A DNA stretch of 64,000 nucleotides, taken from assembly GCF_016432865.1 (NCBI RefSeq), contig NC_067398.1, forward strand, positions 117,552,001 to 117,616,000. The letters run 5' to 3'. The translations under genes and the position numbers were made by a program. The first letter of the stretch is position 1; each line of letters opens with the position of its first letter. Below the pieces are notes generated by a model. That model searched no databases. It was not told where the DNA came from and saw nothing but the letters and a program-made list of their open reading frames with translations. Shown piece by piece: positions 42,311-55,269 of this stretch. Source of the stretch: Antechinus flavipes (lineage: Eukaryota).

Positions 42311-44767
42311 GCCCAGACCCTCCCCTATTTCTTATCGTGCGAACTTCACCTCCTGAACAAATACTATAAAGTCATTAGGGTCAGGTGTGGCATAGAGAAG
42401 GGGATATCTCTCACTGGTCTCCTCCCAATTTGGGGTTTCTTCCAGGACTGTAGCTGGCTGAACCAGGGTCCCAGATCAAAAAGAGTCAAGATGATGGGGT
42501 GGGGTAGTCATGGGCAGCAGAGGGAGAGGTCTAAGAGAAGGGGCAGCCTGAACAGCATAACATTGAAAGTATTGGAAAAGGTTACCCTGTCCAAAAGTTC
42601 TCTTATGCTGCTTTTTACAATGCCTGAAATTCTACCATTAGTGATCTCTTTCTTTACATCAATCACTTTTCTCTATAGGCTTTTAAAAGTCTCAGAAGAT
42701 ATTCAGTCTTTCTCACCTCAATGTAAATGAATTGATCAGGGACTCAATACAGCAAGAGAAGAAATCAAGGCTGGCAAAAGAGAAATGAGATTAGACAGGA
42801 GGAGGACTCTGTATCAACTTCATTTCTTTCACTCTTATTTTGTTTACTAGCCTTTGGGACAGACACAGTCCAGTCAAAGAGAGAATGTAGCCTAGATTCC
42901 TTCAGAGAAAATGCATTAACCTAGATTTGAGCTGATAAAAACAATTTGAATTTTTATAATCCTGTAATTGTAATCCTGTTGTTATAACCTTCCTATGAGG
43001 TAGCTGGAACAAGCATTAACATCATTTTGCAGATAAGGAAACTGAAGCTTTAAAAATTGGATTGCTCTGCCTAAGATCATGCATCAGTATTAGAGTTAGG
43101 ATTTAATTCCATGTCAACTAATTCCAAATCTAGCTCTGCTTCTACTATACCACTGGCCTAAAGTTCTTTGTGAGTGAGCCTCAGATAGGAGCTTGGGCTG
43201 GAATTATTTTCTTCCTCTTCCTGGCCCCTTTTCTCTATCTACTTCTTTCTCCCTCCTATTTCTACTTTCTGTTTCCTTCACTGTCACTTCTCTCTTCTTC
43301 ATTTTTCCTACCTCTCTCTTTCCTTTTGTTTTTCTCTCTATAGCTCTTTCCTTACCCCTTCTCTTTTCCTGAGTGTCCATCTTCCTTTCTCTTCCTGTAC
43401 CTCCCTAATCCCTCTCTCTCTCTCTCATCTCCTCCATCCCTGCTCCTAGAGACTTATATACCCCCTCAAATATTCCCTCTTCCTAACCCACTCTCTGGGC
43501 TTAGTCTATATCTGGGAGAAGAGTTCATCCCACATATCCAATCCGTTGTCAAATCTTGTTGTTTCTTCTTTCACATCCCTTATTAAATCCCCTTCTCTTC
43601 CTTAGCACAGCTGCAACACTAGATAGATTCTCATACCCTCTCACCCAGACTCTTGCTATAAGTTTAATGGGTCTCCTTGCCTTGCTCAGTCCATCCTGTG
43701 CTCAGCTGCTAAAGTGTTGTGTTATTTATTTTATTTTTTCTAGAATGTACATCTAGCCCTGTCAAGCTCCAATGGCTTGCTGTGACCTTCAGAATCAAAT
43801 ATAAACCACACTTTTGGGCATTTAAAGCTCTTTATAACTTGGCTGCTTCCTATCTTTCCAGTTTTTCAGTTGACTCATTTCCACATACCCTCTGATCCAA
43901 GTAAACTGGCCTATTTCCATTGATAAACACAGCACTCCATCTCCTATGCTCTGTCCCCCAGGTCCTATTGCTCTGCTACCTATTCCTTTTAGTTTCCTGA
44001 GTGCTTTTTCCTCCTCAATTGACTTTTCATTTATTTAATCTAAATTCAAACTAGATCCCAAAGTTTGAATAATGAAGGAAGAAAATAGCATTTATTAAAT
44101 ATCTACTATGTGCTGAGCACTGTGTTAAGTACTTTACAAATATCATTTCACTTGATCATCACAACAACCCTGGGAAACAGGTACTATTATTATCCCTATT
44201 TCACTATGGCAGGAGATTGGCATGGAAGGTTAGAGTCTGGGGACACCCTACTTGGAAGACAAGTAGATGTGTGGAAGAGATTCATAAAAGTCTGCAACTG
44301 GTAGCATTTTCCTGGCTCTAAAACTCTCATAAATGTTATACAATTTAATTATCTCTACTTGTTGTTTGAGGTAGTTTGTATGAGAGCTGGTTCCTAGATG
44401 CTTAAGATAGAACAGTAAGAGCAATTAAGTATAGTCCTGAGAATAGGACCATGACAAGAGGTACATGGTAATTTGAAACTGTGATGAGATACAGAGTGTG
44501 ATCAGAATATTCACTAGTTTCCAAACTTTGTAGCAATACCTCCTTTTACAAAAATTATTGTGCCCCATTCCCGTCTTACAAAATAATCCATGCAGATAAT
44601 TTTCTTAGATCATATTATATTTAATAACATTAATAATTTGTTGTTTTTCTAACTATACAAATACTAAATCTGAATGTACAATAAAAATAAAATATTTAAT
44701 AATATAAATTGTCTCCACATTGTGTTCATAGGAACATGGATTTAAAGATGGAAATGGCCTTTCAAAT

Positions 44768-44963
44768 CAGGGATACTTAACCTTTATTGTATCATGGATT
44801 CCTTTGGTGCGCCTATGAAGCCTTCTTTTCAGAAAAATGTTTTTATATGCATTAAAAAAAAGACAAAGGATTACAAAGGAAACCCAATTTTATTGAAATA
44901 AAGATAGTTTTTTCCCCCACCCAAGTCTATGAATCTATCTACTCACCAAGTTAAGAATCCTTA
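44768..44963. mobile_element. hAT/Charlie-type MITE nested in a MIR-like element
   Basis: Degenerate terminal inverted repeats cagggatacttaacc / agttaagaatcctta, about 195 bp. Confidence 0.5.
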
Positions 44964-45099
44964 TTCTTAGCCATCTACTCTATCCTCATTTTTCAGTTGA
45001 GTTCACCCAAAACTCAGAGAAGTTAATTACTACCTAAGATCACACAGGTAGTAAGTAGCAGAACATAACTTTAAACCCTGTCTTCTGATTCCAAATCTA

Positions 45100-46700
45100 G
45101 TACTCTTTCTATAAAGACAATTGATGATGTATTTGTTTTTTCTTAAACATCACCACAATTTCCCCAGTATTCCTGCCCAAGTCCCTTCTAGAGATACATT
45201 CCATACAATCAATAACATTTTTTAAAAATAAAAAAAGAAAAGGAAAAGAATTGATGCCTAAGTAAATGAATAAAAATTGAAAAACTCTGAAAATATGTGC
45301 AATATACACATTTGCAAGGGAGTGGTTGGGGGATTTCTTTTCGTTATCTCATGATAGTTCTTTGTAATTTGCAACATTCTTTTTTTTTTTTCCTTTAAGG
45401 TAGTTCTTTCCACTTACATTTTCTGGCCTTTATATAAATTCTTTTCTTGACTCTGCTTGTTTCATTCTGCCTCAATTCATGTAGATTTTTACATGTTTCT
45501 CTATATTCATTGTTTTTATAATATTATATTCATGTCCACAACTTGTTTTTTAATTCTTCAGTTGACAAGCATCTATTTTATTTCCAGTTATTTTTGCTAT
45601 CACAAAAAAATGTGACTATAAATGCTTTGGTGCATATATGGACTTTCTTTTTAACAATAGCTTTTTTGGATCATGAACTTAGCAATGGAATCTTACACTT
45701 AAGGAGTATGGACATTTTAGTCATTTTATTTATACAACTCAAACCAACAATATATGGTGAGCTTTTCACCCCACAATTTCTTAGTCATAGACTGTTCCCA
45801 TCGTTTGTCATCTTTGGCACTTTGCAAGATCTGAGGTGAAATCTCAGGGTTGTTTTGATTTACATTTCTTTTATTAGTGATTTGGTACATTCTTTCATAT
45901 GTTTATTAATTTGTGATTTTTCTTTTGAGAACTATTTGTTCATACTCTTTGGTTGGTTGTTTATAGGGAAATAGAAACTCATTTTGTGGTCTTATAAATT
46001 ATGAGTTAATTGTCTATATAGCTTGGATACCATAAACCTTTATCAGGGAAATTTGATTCAAAGATTTTCCCCACTTGACCACTTCCCTTCTTATTTTAAG
46101 TGCATTATTTTTGTTTTTGCAGAATGTAAACATTCTCTCATGTAATCAAAATTATCTATTTTATCTTTTGTAATTGTCTCTATCCTTTGTTTGTTTAAGA
46201 AACATTTAGCCATATCTGTGAGAGATATATAATCTGTTTTTCTTCTAATTTTTTTTATAGTATGATCTTTAATCTTAAAGTAATTGTAAATTTGGTAATA
46301 TTACCTTTTTTTTTTGTTGTTGTTGTTATACTGACAGTCATAAGCAATGAACATTCCTAGTTACTTAAGTTGCTATTTATTTAAAGAGTACTTTGGAATG
46401 GAATCTCTGAGTATTTTATGGGGTTTGTTAGATTGATACCCAGATATCTTATACATATTGTGGTGGTGGTTGTTGTTTTGCCTGGGGTTTCCCTTTCTAT
46501 TGTTGTTTCTTAGATTTTATTATTATCATCTAGAAATGCCATTGAATTTTGAGGGTTTCTTTTGTAGATTGTAAATTTGATAAAGTTATTATCCTAATTA
46601 GTATCTTTGTTAATAACCTAAGATTTTCTTGTACATTATTATGTCATCAGCAAATAAATATAGTTCTTCTTTAGTCTCTCTTTACCTCTTTTTATATTTG
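45100..46700 (-). mobile_element. Degraded L1 remnants
   Basis: AT-rich reverse-strand L1 3'/ORF2-like sequence similar to the 28-29 kb and 56-57 kb copies. Confidence 0.55.
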
Positions 46701-49700
46701 TAATTGCTTTCTTTTGAATACTGTTATTTCACTATTCTATTGCCAGTTAAAAGGAAAAAAAACACAAAATATGAGCAGGCCTTTATCTTTAAATTTCCAT
46801 GCTCTGATGTGCTAGATACCTAGGACCAGGGGTTGAGGAAAGGTAGATGAAGAAGGAACAATGATAAAACTGATTTGATGATGATTCCAGAATTGAGAGA
46901 GGGAGGAAGGAAGAGAAAAAATATTTAAGGGAGAACAAGGAGACTGGTGGGAAGAAGTATTAGGAATGAAGTGACATAGCTAGGACTTTTTTTGAAATAG
47001 TAGTTTGGGAAAAATAGTCACCAATCAAGAAGTAGATTCTAGGGAAAAAGTTTTTCTATGGCAGAAAAGCATATGGTAAGGAAGAGATGGTTGTGAAAGT
47101 GAAATGTAAAGTTAGAGTAGAATATGAGAATAATAATAGAATATTTGAACTGAAAAAGATGTTGGATATCCCTTCATTTTGGAACTCTCATTTCAATTAA
47201 TTAACAATCATTTATTAAATGTCTACTCTGTGCATGGTGCTGTGCTTCTAGATATACAAACTCTAAAACAAAACAGATCCTATACTCAAAGAATTTATGA
47301 AGTAAAAATAAGATATTTTAGGGATTTAATGGTCATTTTTTAAAAGAATAATTTTTATTTTGAATTTAATAAACACCAAAATAAATGAGCATTTCCATAT
47401 AACAGCGAAAGAGAAAAAAGATTACACACAAAATGGTACCAATTTCTTTTAAAATACATAGCAATTTCAACATGTGGCTTTCAAAACTGTCTTGCTGGAC
47501 TAATTATTTCTGTGACTCTTTCTGTACTCCATTGTGCATTAAAATAAATGGTCTAATTTTTCTTTGAACTGGAAGCACTGGCTCTTGGTTGTGATGTTTC
47601 TGGAAGTGTTCCTTTTGAGGTTTCCTTCAGGAGGTGATCGATGGATTCTTTCTATCTAAATTTTTGCTATTGTTGTTGTTGCTTCACCCCAGTGAATAGT
47701 CCTAATAGATTTGGGTTTTTTTCATTTATGACGTTTTTTGAAACAAGGTAGCCAGGACTTTTTAGGTATGATTTTCAGATAGTTTGTTGATTCAAAGAAC
47801 TCTAAGTTCTCTCCTTGAACTGTTTTCTAGGTCAGTTGTCTTTGGTAACATAAATTATGTTACCAAAGACAACTGACCTTCGCTTCTATCCTACCTTATG
47901 TCTAATTTTGCTTTAATATTTCTCACATGAGGAAGGCATTGCTTTCTGTCAGACCCATTCTAATTTTCAGAGAGTTAAAATCTTAAGTAATATTGATCAT
48001 CTGTTCTAAGCTATTAATTCTCTTTGCCATCTTGCCTTCCCAGATATTTCCTTTAACATTATATCTCCTATCTCATTTAGTTTCTTCCAGATCATTCTTT
48101 TGTTTGAGATGCTACTTGGATTTGCTTTTTAGTCATTCTTTTTTTTTTGGTTTTAACATGACTTCTCCAGTTCAAGATATTTCTTAATTGTGTTTGTTTT
48201 TTTTAAGTTTACTTATATTTCTAGCCTTAGTTTTTAAATTATGTTTGTGTTCAGATCAGATCAGATCTGCTTCTTCCATTTTCTTGGATTGTGTGAGTAG
48301 GTCCTCCTGGGTTCTGGAGATGGTAGATAAGGCTAGACCCTCCCTTCTGCAAAAATGATTGGATTTTGTCTCAGTCTCTGTAGACTTAGGTTTTGGCCTT
48401 GGCTTTATATTGCACTCACTTTGGACTCTGTACTTTGTTATGAGCCTGACAGGCTCATCTTGATGCTGTTAGAGTTTTTCACAGGTCTCTGAAACCATAA
48501 ATTTTCCTGACGATACCCTTCCTCATGCTGTGATGAGTTTTCAGGGTTCTAGGTCCCCCTAACACACTATAGCTCTGGTGAGTTGCCTAAATGTTAGGTG
48601 CCATGTGAACACTGGTCTGACTCAGTTTCCTTGTTATGCTCCTGATTGGCTCTGAAGGCTGAGCTGGGGATGTGGGATGGGAATAATAGCCTAAACATTT
48701 GCAGACTGTGCAGCAGCCTTTTGAGAGGCCATATTACCTTATGTACCAAAGATGGCTATTGAATTAGTGGTTCAAGGAAAATACCACCTTGTAGATATAT
48801 CAAATATTGCACTCCTCGTTGGGTAATTAAATACAATCAGTCTTTTATTTTGGGCAGCATCCAAGTTGATTTGAACTGTTCACACTGCTGTGCCTCTGTT
48901 GCAGTGATCCATGTTCCTCACAGTGTACACACAAAAGGGCATACATATATCTTCGTATTACATCTGGATAGAAGCTATAAATTTATTTTCTCTTCTTGGT
49001 TCCTCCTTGTCTCTATCTACAGGCTGCTTAGCTTATCTCTTTCAGTCACTCCCTTCCTCTTCCTTTTGGTCCCAGGTCTTTGAGAAAATAAGGACTATTG
49101 GTTGGTTTTCCAGCTACAGTCCCAATACTGCTTTTTTGGCAGGCCCAAGACACCTCAAAGTTTGTTCTTCCCTTCTCATCTGGTAGTTCTCTCTCCTGGG
49201 AGCCTTCCTTCATAAGTCACTTTGTATAAGTTTCTAGCTGAGGATGACTTCCCCCACATTCTCTTTCAAGCTCCCTTCTGGATGAACTAAATCAGCAGTT
49301 TTGTGGATCCTTAGAGAGTTGTAAAGGCTGTAGGATTTTTAGAAGGGTCAATGTATTAGAACCATTGAAGAAAAATTACTAGTACTGAACTCTGAATTTT
49401 AGACACATATCTGACAGAAACAATTTAATTTATTTTTAAATATTAACTGAATATACAAACCAGTTCTGGTTTGAGAAAGAGTGGAAAAGAGGTTCAAACT
49501 GACTCAGTTCCTCCATGATCTCCAACATAATTATCAACATATCTCCAAGATAATTAGAGTTAACATTTATTTATAGGAATCTTGAATTAAAAAAAAAGAT
49601 AATGTTAAAATACAGATTGGAGGTTAACATTCCAAAATAACAGTGACTATTAGAGGATCAACTGTTCTCTTGTAATAATCAAAGGAATTCTCCCCTCCCC

Positions 49701-50429
49701 CTTTTTATCTCTTAATTCTTTGTTTAGTAAAGAAGGGAGGGCCATAGCACCAATCATTTCAGTAGCAGGGAAAGTCAATGATCTCAACAAAACCAGAAAA
49801 ATTCTAAGTTTTGAGAGAGAAGTATCTTCCCTCCTAAATATATATCCCATTTCCCTAGCAAAGACCTTTTTGTCCTATAACTTATCCTTCTTCAAATAGG
49901 AAAATTTAGAAAGGTATTTTTGTTTTAAGGATATATTAAGAAAAACTATTTCTTAATTTTTGTAACTTTGTTTAAAAGAGTTTTAAAAATATGCTTTGAC
50001 AATGCTTTTCTCTACTTTCTAAAAGAGTTTCAGTTTCTCTTGAGACTCATAGAAAGTAATTGAAAAGGAAGATGAATCAATCAAGATCCTCCCATTCACA
50101 TCGTTTCTACATTTAACAGCAATTGCTATCTAAATGGAGTAAACAATCGTTATCTAAATTTCTGATGGTCTAACCACTATACCAATGGACTATATGCATA
50201 AAATTTTAATCTATTAACAAGTACTATTAAGCTCCTATGTGTCAAGTGCTGTCTTAGCTTCTGAGAATACAAATACAAGTAGCCAGGAGTTTCTGGACAG
50301 ATGGAGATGAGATGCTCCCTTCTTTCAGACCTGGTTTCTTATTTGGTTTTTCACCAGTGCTCTGAGACTATAGGCATGGTGTAATGGAAGTAAGGGAGTG
50401 GAAACGGGGAAAGTTTCCCGTAATAGAGG

Positions 50430-50680
50430 TGGTGTAGTTGTGTAGTCATTTTTTCTTCCTGACTCTGTTGATCTCATTTGAGGTTTTCTTGGCAAAGATA
50501 CTGAAGTGGTTTGCCATTTCCTTCTTTTGTTCATTTTACAGATGAGGAAACTGAGACAAGCAAGGTTAAGTGAGTTGTTCAGGGTCACCTGGCTTGTGAA
50601 TGTCTTAGGATGGATTTAAACTCAGGTTTTCTTGACCCCAAGACCAGTGATCTATCCACTGTCCTACTTAGCTGTTTAGG
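50430..50680. mobile_element. MAR1-type SINE
   Basis: ttcttggcaaagatactgaagtggtttgccatttccttc...acagatgaggaaactgag. Confidence 0.75.
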
Positions 50681-51553
50681 TAGTATAAGGTCTACTATCT
50701 CTAATACTACCTAGTGATAGGGGTGAGGGATGGTGGCAGCTCAAAATCCCTTCTAAAATGGCTCACAAGTTTTCCTTTTTAATGCTAAAAGAAGGCCCCA
50801 TCTCTGATGTAATTTAGAGTTATTTTAATTTTTTTTCAACTCTTCAAGCATTCCAAGGCAGTGATTGGCTATGTGGAATTGGGGCTCCCCCCCTTTTTTT
50901 TTTAAATCTCTGTCTCTTCTTAGAATGAGAAACCTATTATTTATGAGGATTAGAAAACTACAAAAATTTGCTTCAATTGAGCAGAGTTGAGCATTATTAC
51001 AATTTTGGAAACAGAGACAGTTGTTCTCTACAAAATGGGAGATAAGGTAAAATAGTGAAATCTTGTCTCTGACTAGTTTGACCATGGTCGAGTGGGTCTT
51101 GATTTTCCAGGAGAAAAATAATATCTTCTCTTTGAGGAGTTACAGCTTTTCCCCTTTCCCTTTCCTATGTATATATAAATGTTGAGCTGGATAGCCAAGT
51201 GTGGGAAGAGGAAACTTTCATTAGTATTCTAATGTTGAAGAATAATAATAACTGAGAGTAACTACCACTACCATCACAATAATAATAGTAGTAGTAATAA
51301 TAATAAGGGAAGATTGATATTTGAAGTTGTAAAATTCTAAATGACAAATTCATGTCTTTATACCTTTTTGACAGGAATATTGAACTATGGAGACCAAATA
51401 TGAACAGCATTGTAATATTTTGCACTTTTATTGGCTCACCCCAATCCTTGAATGCATTGGAAATTTTAGTGTTTCAATTTTTTTTTAGCAAACAAACATC
51501 TGGAAACAAAATAGGTAATATTTCTCACAAATATATGTATTACATGTACATGA

Positions 51554-51560
51554 TGTGTGT

Positions 51561-51603
<43 letters not shown>
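51554..51603. repeat. (TG)n microsatellite with one interruption
   Basis: Read directly. Confidence 0.97.
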
Positions 51604-51604
<1 letters not shown>

Positions 51605-52089
51605 CAGATAGAAAGCTGGACTGAAAGCCAACCCAGATTTGAGTTCAGTTTCTGTTTCTGACATATGCTATTTATATGATGTTAGATAGGTCACTGGACC
51701 ACTAAATATTACAGGAAACTTTCTAAACTTTCTTTTGTCGAGAAATTTCTGATCTAAATTGGTAGAGTCACCATAGGTCCAGTCTCTGCCCCTTTAGATA
51801 TTATTATGATTAATCAAATTCATCTGAAATTATTACTTAATGTGTAGTAGTTTGGATTTTTTTGTTATTATTAATATGAATTTTCTCAGACTAATGGATG
51901 TTAATTGTACAAACTGCTCTCCCAGGAGGTGAATGACACTTTCTTTTCTTGACATGAAAACTGAGTTGTATTAAAAACAGTTGGGAGTCATTTGTCAGGA
52001 CTTTAGCAACTAATGATGAAAAGTCAGCATGGATTCTAATTGGCAGCATGTATGAACATGGGTTTTCAGAAGTAAAACTGAAGGAAAAA

Positions 52090-52400
52090 GGGTAAGAGGA
52101 GGATGGATGGAGCAGGCCAGGTGTAACATGTTCTGCCAAGCTTTGGATGAGGAGGCTTTGGGAGGTCTCCTCCCTTCCTGCCAAAGTTCGATGTTGCATG
52201 TTGGTATTTTCCCAGTTTCCTCATTCCTGCTGATGCATGGCTTGCAGACAATGCAGTTGGTGCTCTTGCAGACCCCTGGACAGATTTTCTTCCTCTTACA
52301 CAGGGAGAAGAGAGGGATGTTCTGGAAGACTATAAAGTTGCCTATGTCCCCCAAATAATGGGCAAGTTCTACTCTCCCATCTACTCCATTCCTCTGGATT
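52090..52400 (-). mobile_element. Probable ancient RTE-clade LINE relic (post-RT region)
   Basis: Across shifting frames: PSLL...LQEHQLHCLQAM...W..KIP...LLIQ..LAEHV, matching the RTE pattern PSLLYG..KL..FH..CLR.I...WQDKIP...LL..QLRWAGHV (ttggcagaacatgtt vs TGGGCAGGACATGTT). Confidence 0.5.
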
Positions 52401-53199
52401 AAAATCACTCTGAGACCATGGGACCCTGGATCAGAAGACCCTGGACTCTCAGCAACCCAGTCATTTGAGTGCCAGAGTGGAGGTGAGATAAGAAGAACCT
52501 TGACCTTGGGAGCTGATTATGTGTTCTATGGTTTATGTTACCTGTGCCTGATATATTTTTTTAATATTGTGTTTTCCTATCTAATCTAAGTAAAACGTTT
52601 GCTTTTCTACAATATGTTATAAAAATATTTTAATGACTTTATAAGACAAGGAAATTTCCAGTGGAGTGTGGGGGTTAGGCTAATTTATAGGATCCTGAAT
52701 CTGGGCTCTGCCTAGAGTCTCAGGGAGTAACTTGTTAAAAAAGAGTTTGCCCACAGATCCTTAAAGAATTGATTACCTTTATATGACAGCTTTTTCCTGG
52801 ATTCAGTTTGAATTTTTTAGATTTTTTTTTTTTTGGCAAGACTATTTGATCATTGAGTTAGATTAAAGTTGCAAGGGCAAATTATCTATATCAATCTATA
52901 TCAATATCAACATCTTTCTCAGTATATATCTGTTTATTTCTCTTCCCTGGGCAGTACTTGATTGTTGAGTTTTGTTTTTTTTTTTTCCTCACTGAACTCC
53001 TTTCTGATCAGGTGAGTTGCTGTTTCACCATATCTCTTTATTCTATGGGTGTGTAAAGAATCAATTTGGTATGTAACACTATTTGGTGTGTACTGTTGCT
53101 TTTTGGTATATAACATATGTCACTGCATTGCTGTATCATAGTAACTGCTGTTTTTGTTGAACATTGCTGTATTGTTGCCGTGTATTCTGATTGAGATCG

Positions 53200-54450
53200 A
53201 ACTAAGAATGATGACTGTGCTTGAGATCACAGAACTATTGAATTTCAGAGTTAGAAGGGATTCCAGTGGATCTTCAGTACAAGCCTTCCCTACCCTGAAT
53301 CAATCTCCACTATGGTTTCCCCTTTCCAATGGGCAGAACCCATTTACCGTCTACTGAGATAACCTTTGACTCTTTGGATCTGAGGGTCTTTTGGATAATG
53401 TTAATTGTTAGGACATTTTCCCTTCCACCAAACTAAATCTGTCTCTCCCATTTCTCCTGGATCTGCCTTCAGGAGTTCAATAAAACAAGTCTGATTTCTC
53501 CACTATGTGATAGACTTGTAAATCCTGAAACACAGCAATCATATCCCTGATGAGATTTCTCTTCTTCAGCCCCTTCAGCTGACCACTGTATTACAGACCT
53601 CTGGCTCTTCACCAATTGCCCGATCTGCTTCAGACATTCAACAATTTTATCAAGTTCTTTCCTAAAAGATTACCTCTAAAACTTCAGTTATGGTCCTATC
53701 AAGGCAGAATACAGATGAATTATCACCCCTTTATTTCTGGAAGCCATGCCTTTTCATATAGCACAATAACATCAATTTTTTGGTCTCTCACCTTATACTA
53801 TTCATATTGAGCCTATAATCCACTACAACCTCGAGATCTTTTTCAGATAAGCTGCTGTTCAGTTGTGCTTTCCCCATCTTGTGCTTTTGAAGTTGAACTC
53901 AAGTTTAAGACATTTATCCCCATGAATTTCATTTATTTACATTCAGTCCAAAGTTTTAGCTTTGTCAAGATTTATTTTTTAGATCTTGATCATTATCAGG
54001 GTGATATAGTTATCCTTCCTAGGTGTCATCTGCAAATCTGATAAGATTATCATCTGTATTTCTAAGTAATTGATAAGATATTAAGCAGCCCAGATCAAAG
54101 CACATCTTTGGGCATTCTATAGAAAACCTTCTGACATTTTGACATATAATTCTTAGTGATTACTATCTAGTCAACAAATTCTGAATCCATCTAATTTTAT
54201 TTTTTATTTATTTCTCTGTCTTTAACTTAAGAATGATATGGGATAATTGATCAAATACTTGGCTAAAATATAGATATATTTACAAAATCTCTTGGTTTTG
54301 ACAATGACATTATTAAAAAAAAAGAAAGGAAAAAAGTTCATCTGGCATAATCACTCTTTGTGGCAATTTGTGGCTGCTATTTCCTTTTCTAGATGTTTAC
54401 TAATCTACCCTAATGATTTGTTATAAAATTTTCTCAAGAATAAAAAGTAA
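53200..54450 (-). mobile_element. CR1/L3 reverse-transcriptase remnant
   Basis: 54023-54036 reverse complement = TTT GCA GAT GAC AC (FADDT, RT catalytic motif), in CR1-like flanks. Confidence 0.65.
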
Positions 54451-55269
54451 AATTTTCTTTAATATAGTTAATAGATTCTATAGTTTATAAATTGTTTTCT
54501 TCACTTTTTTGAATATTGGAATATTTCCCCTTTTTCAATATTCAATATTCAATTCAATATTTCAATAATTTCAATTATTATCTCTTTTGTTTCCTATGAT
54601 CTTAAATTTTTTAAAATTGTATTTCTATTTTTATATCACTTTCATTTCTGATTATATCCTTCTTCCTTCTCTTGTTCAATGGATCTTTTTTTTTTTAAAC
54701 CAAGAATTAAAAAGAAACAGAAAAAACACAGTACAGCAGAATTAAATAAACGACACTAAACATCAGCTAAGACTGAAAGCATGTACAATGTTCTACACCC
54801 ATAGTCTCCTACTTCTGCAAATAAGGGAGGGAAGTGAATTTTTGCATTTCTCTGGGTCCAAGCCTGGTCGTTATAATTACATAACTTTTCATTACAAGTC
54901 CATTCATTGTCCTTCTTTCTGACCCTTATCACACTTTACCTCAACTATTGTAATAGCTTCCTAATTGGCCTTCTTAACTGCAGTGTCTCCCACCTCTAAT
55001 TTACTAGATACAGATTAATCTTGCTGGCATATAGTTCTGAGCTTGTTGGTCCTTACTCATATACCTTCAGTAACTCCCCTTTTCTTTTTAAAAAAAGATT
55101 ATTGATACTTAAAAAAAATCCAATTATGTCATTTCCCAACGTCTACCCATTCTCCTTATCTATTCCTAGTAGATAAGATTATGGAAGACCTTGAATGCCA
55201 AGCTGAGAAGTTTATATTTTTTCCTGTAGGAAAAAATGGTCTGTAATTAGTGAGGGTTCCTAGTAAGGA

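Noticed and set aside
51891-52408. Overlapping ORFs including a Cys-rich 132-aa frame with SOD-like HYLGDIGN and KRAB-like FNPEEW words, considered as a novel gene
   Set aside because: No splice structure or promoter; motifs across shifting frames fit a decayed RTE-clade LINE better. A Dfam or tBLASTn search would settle it.
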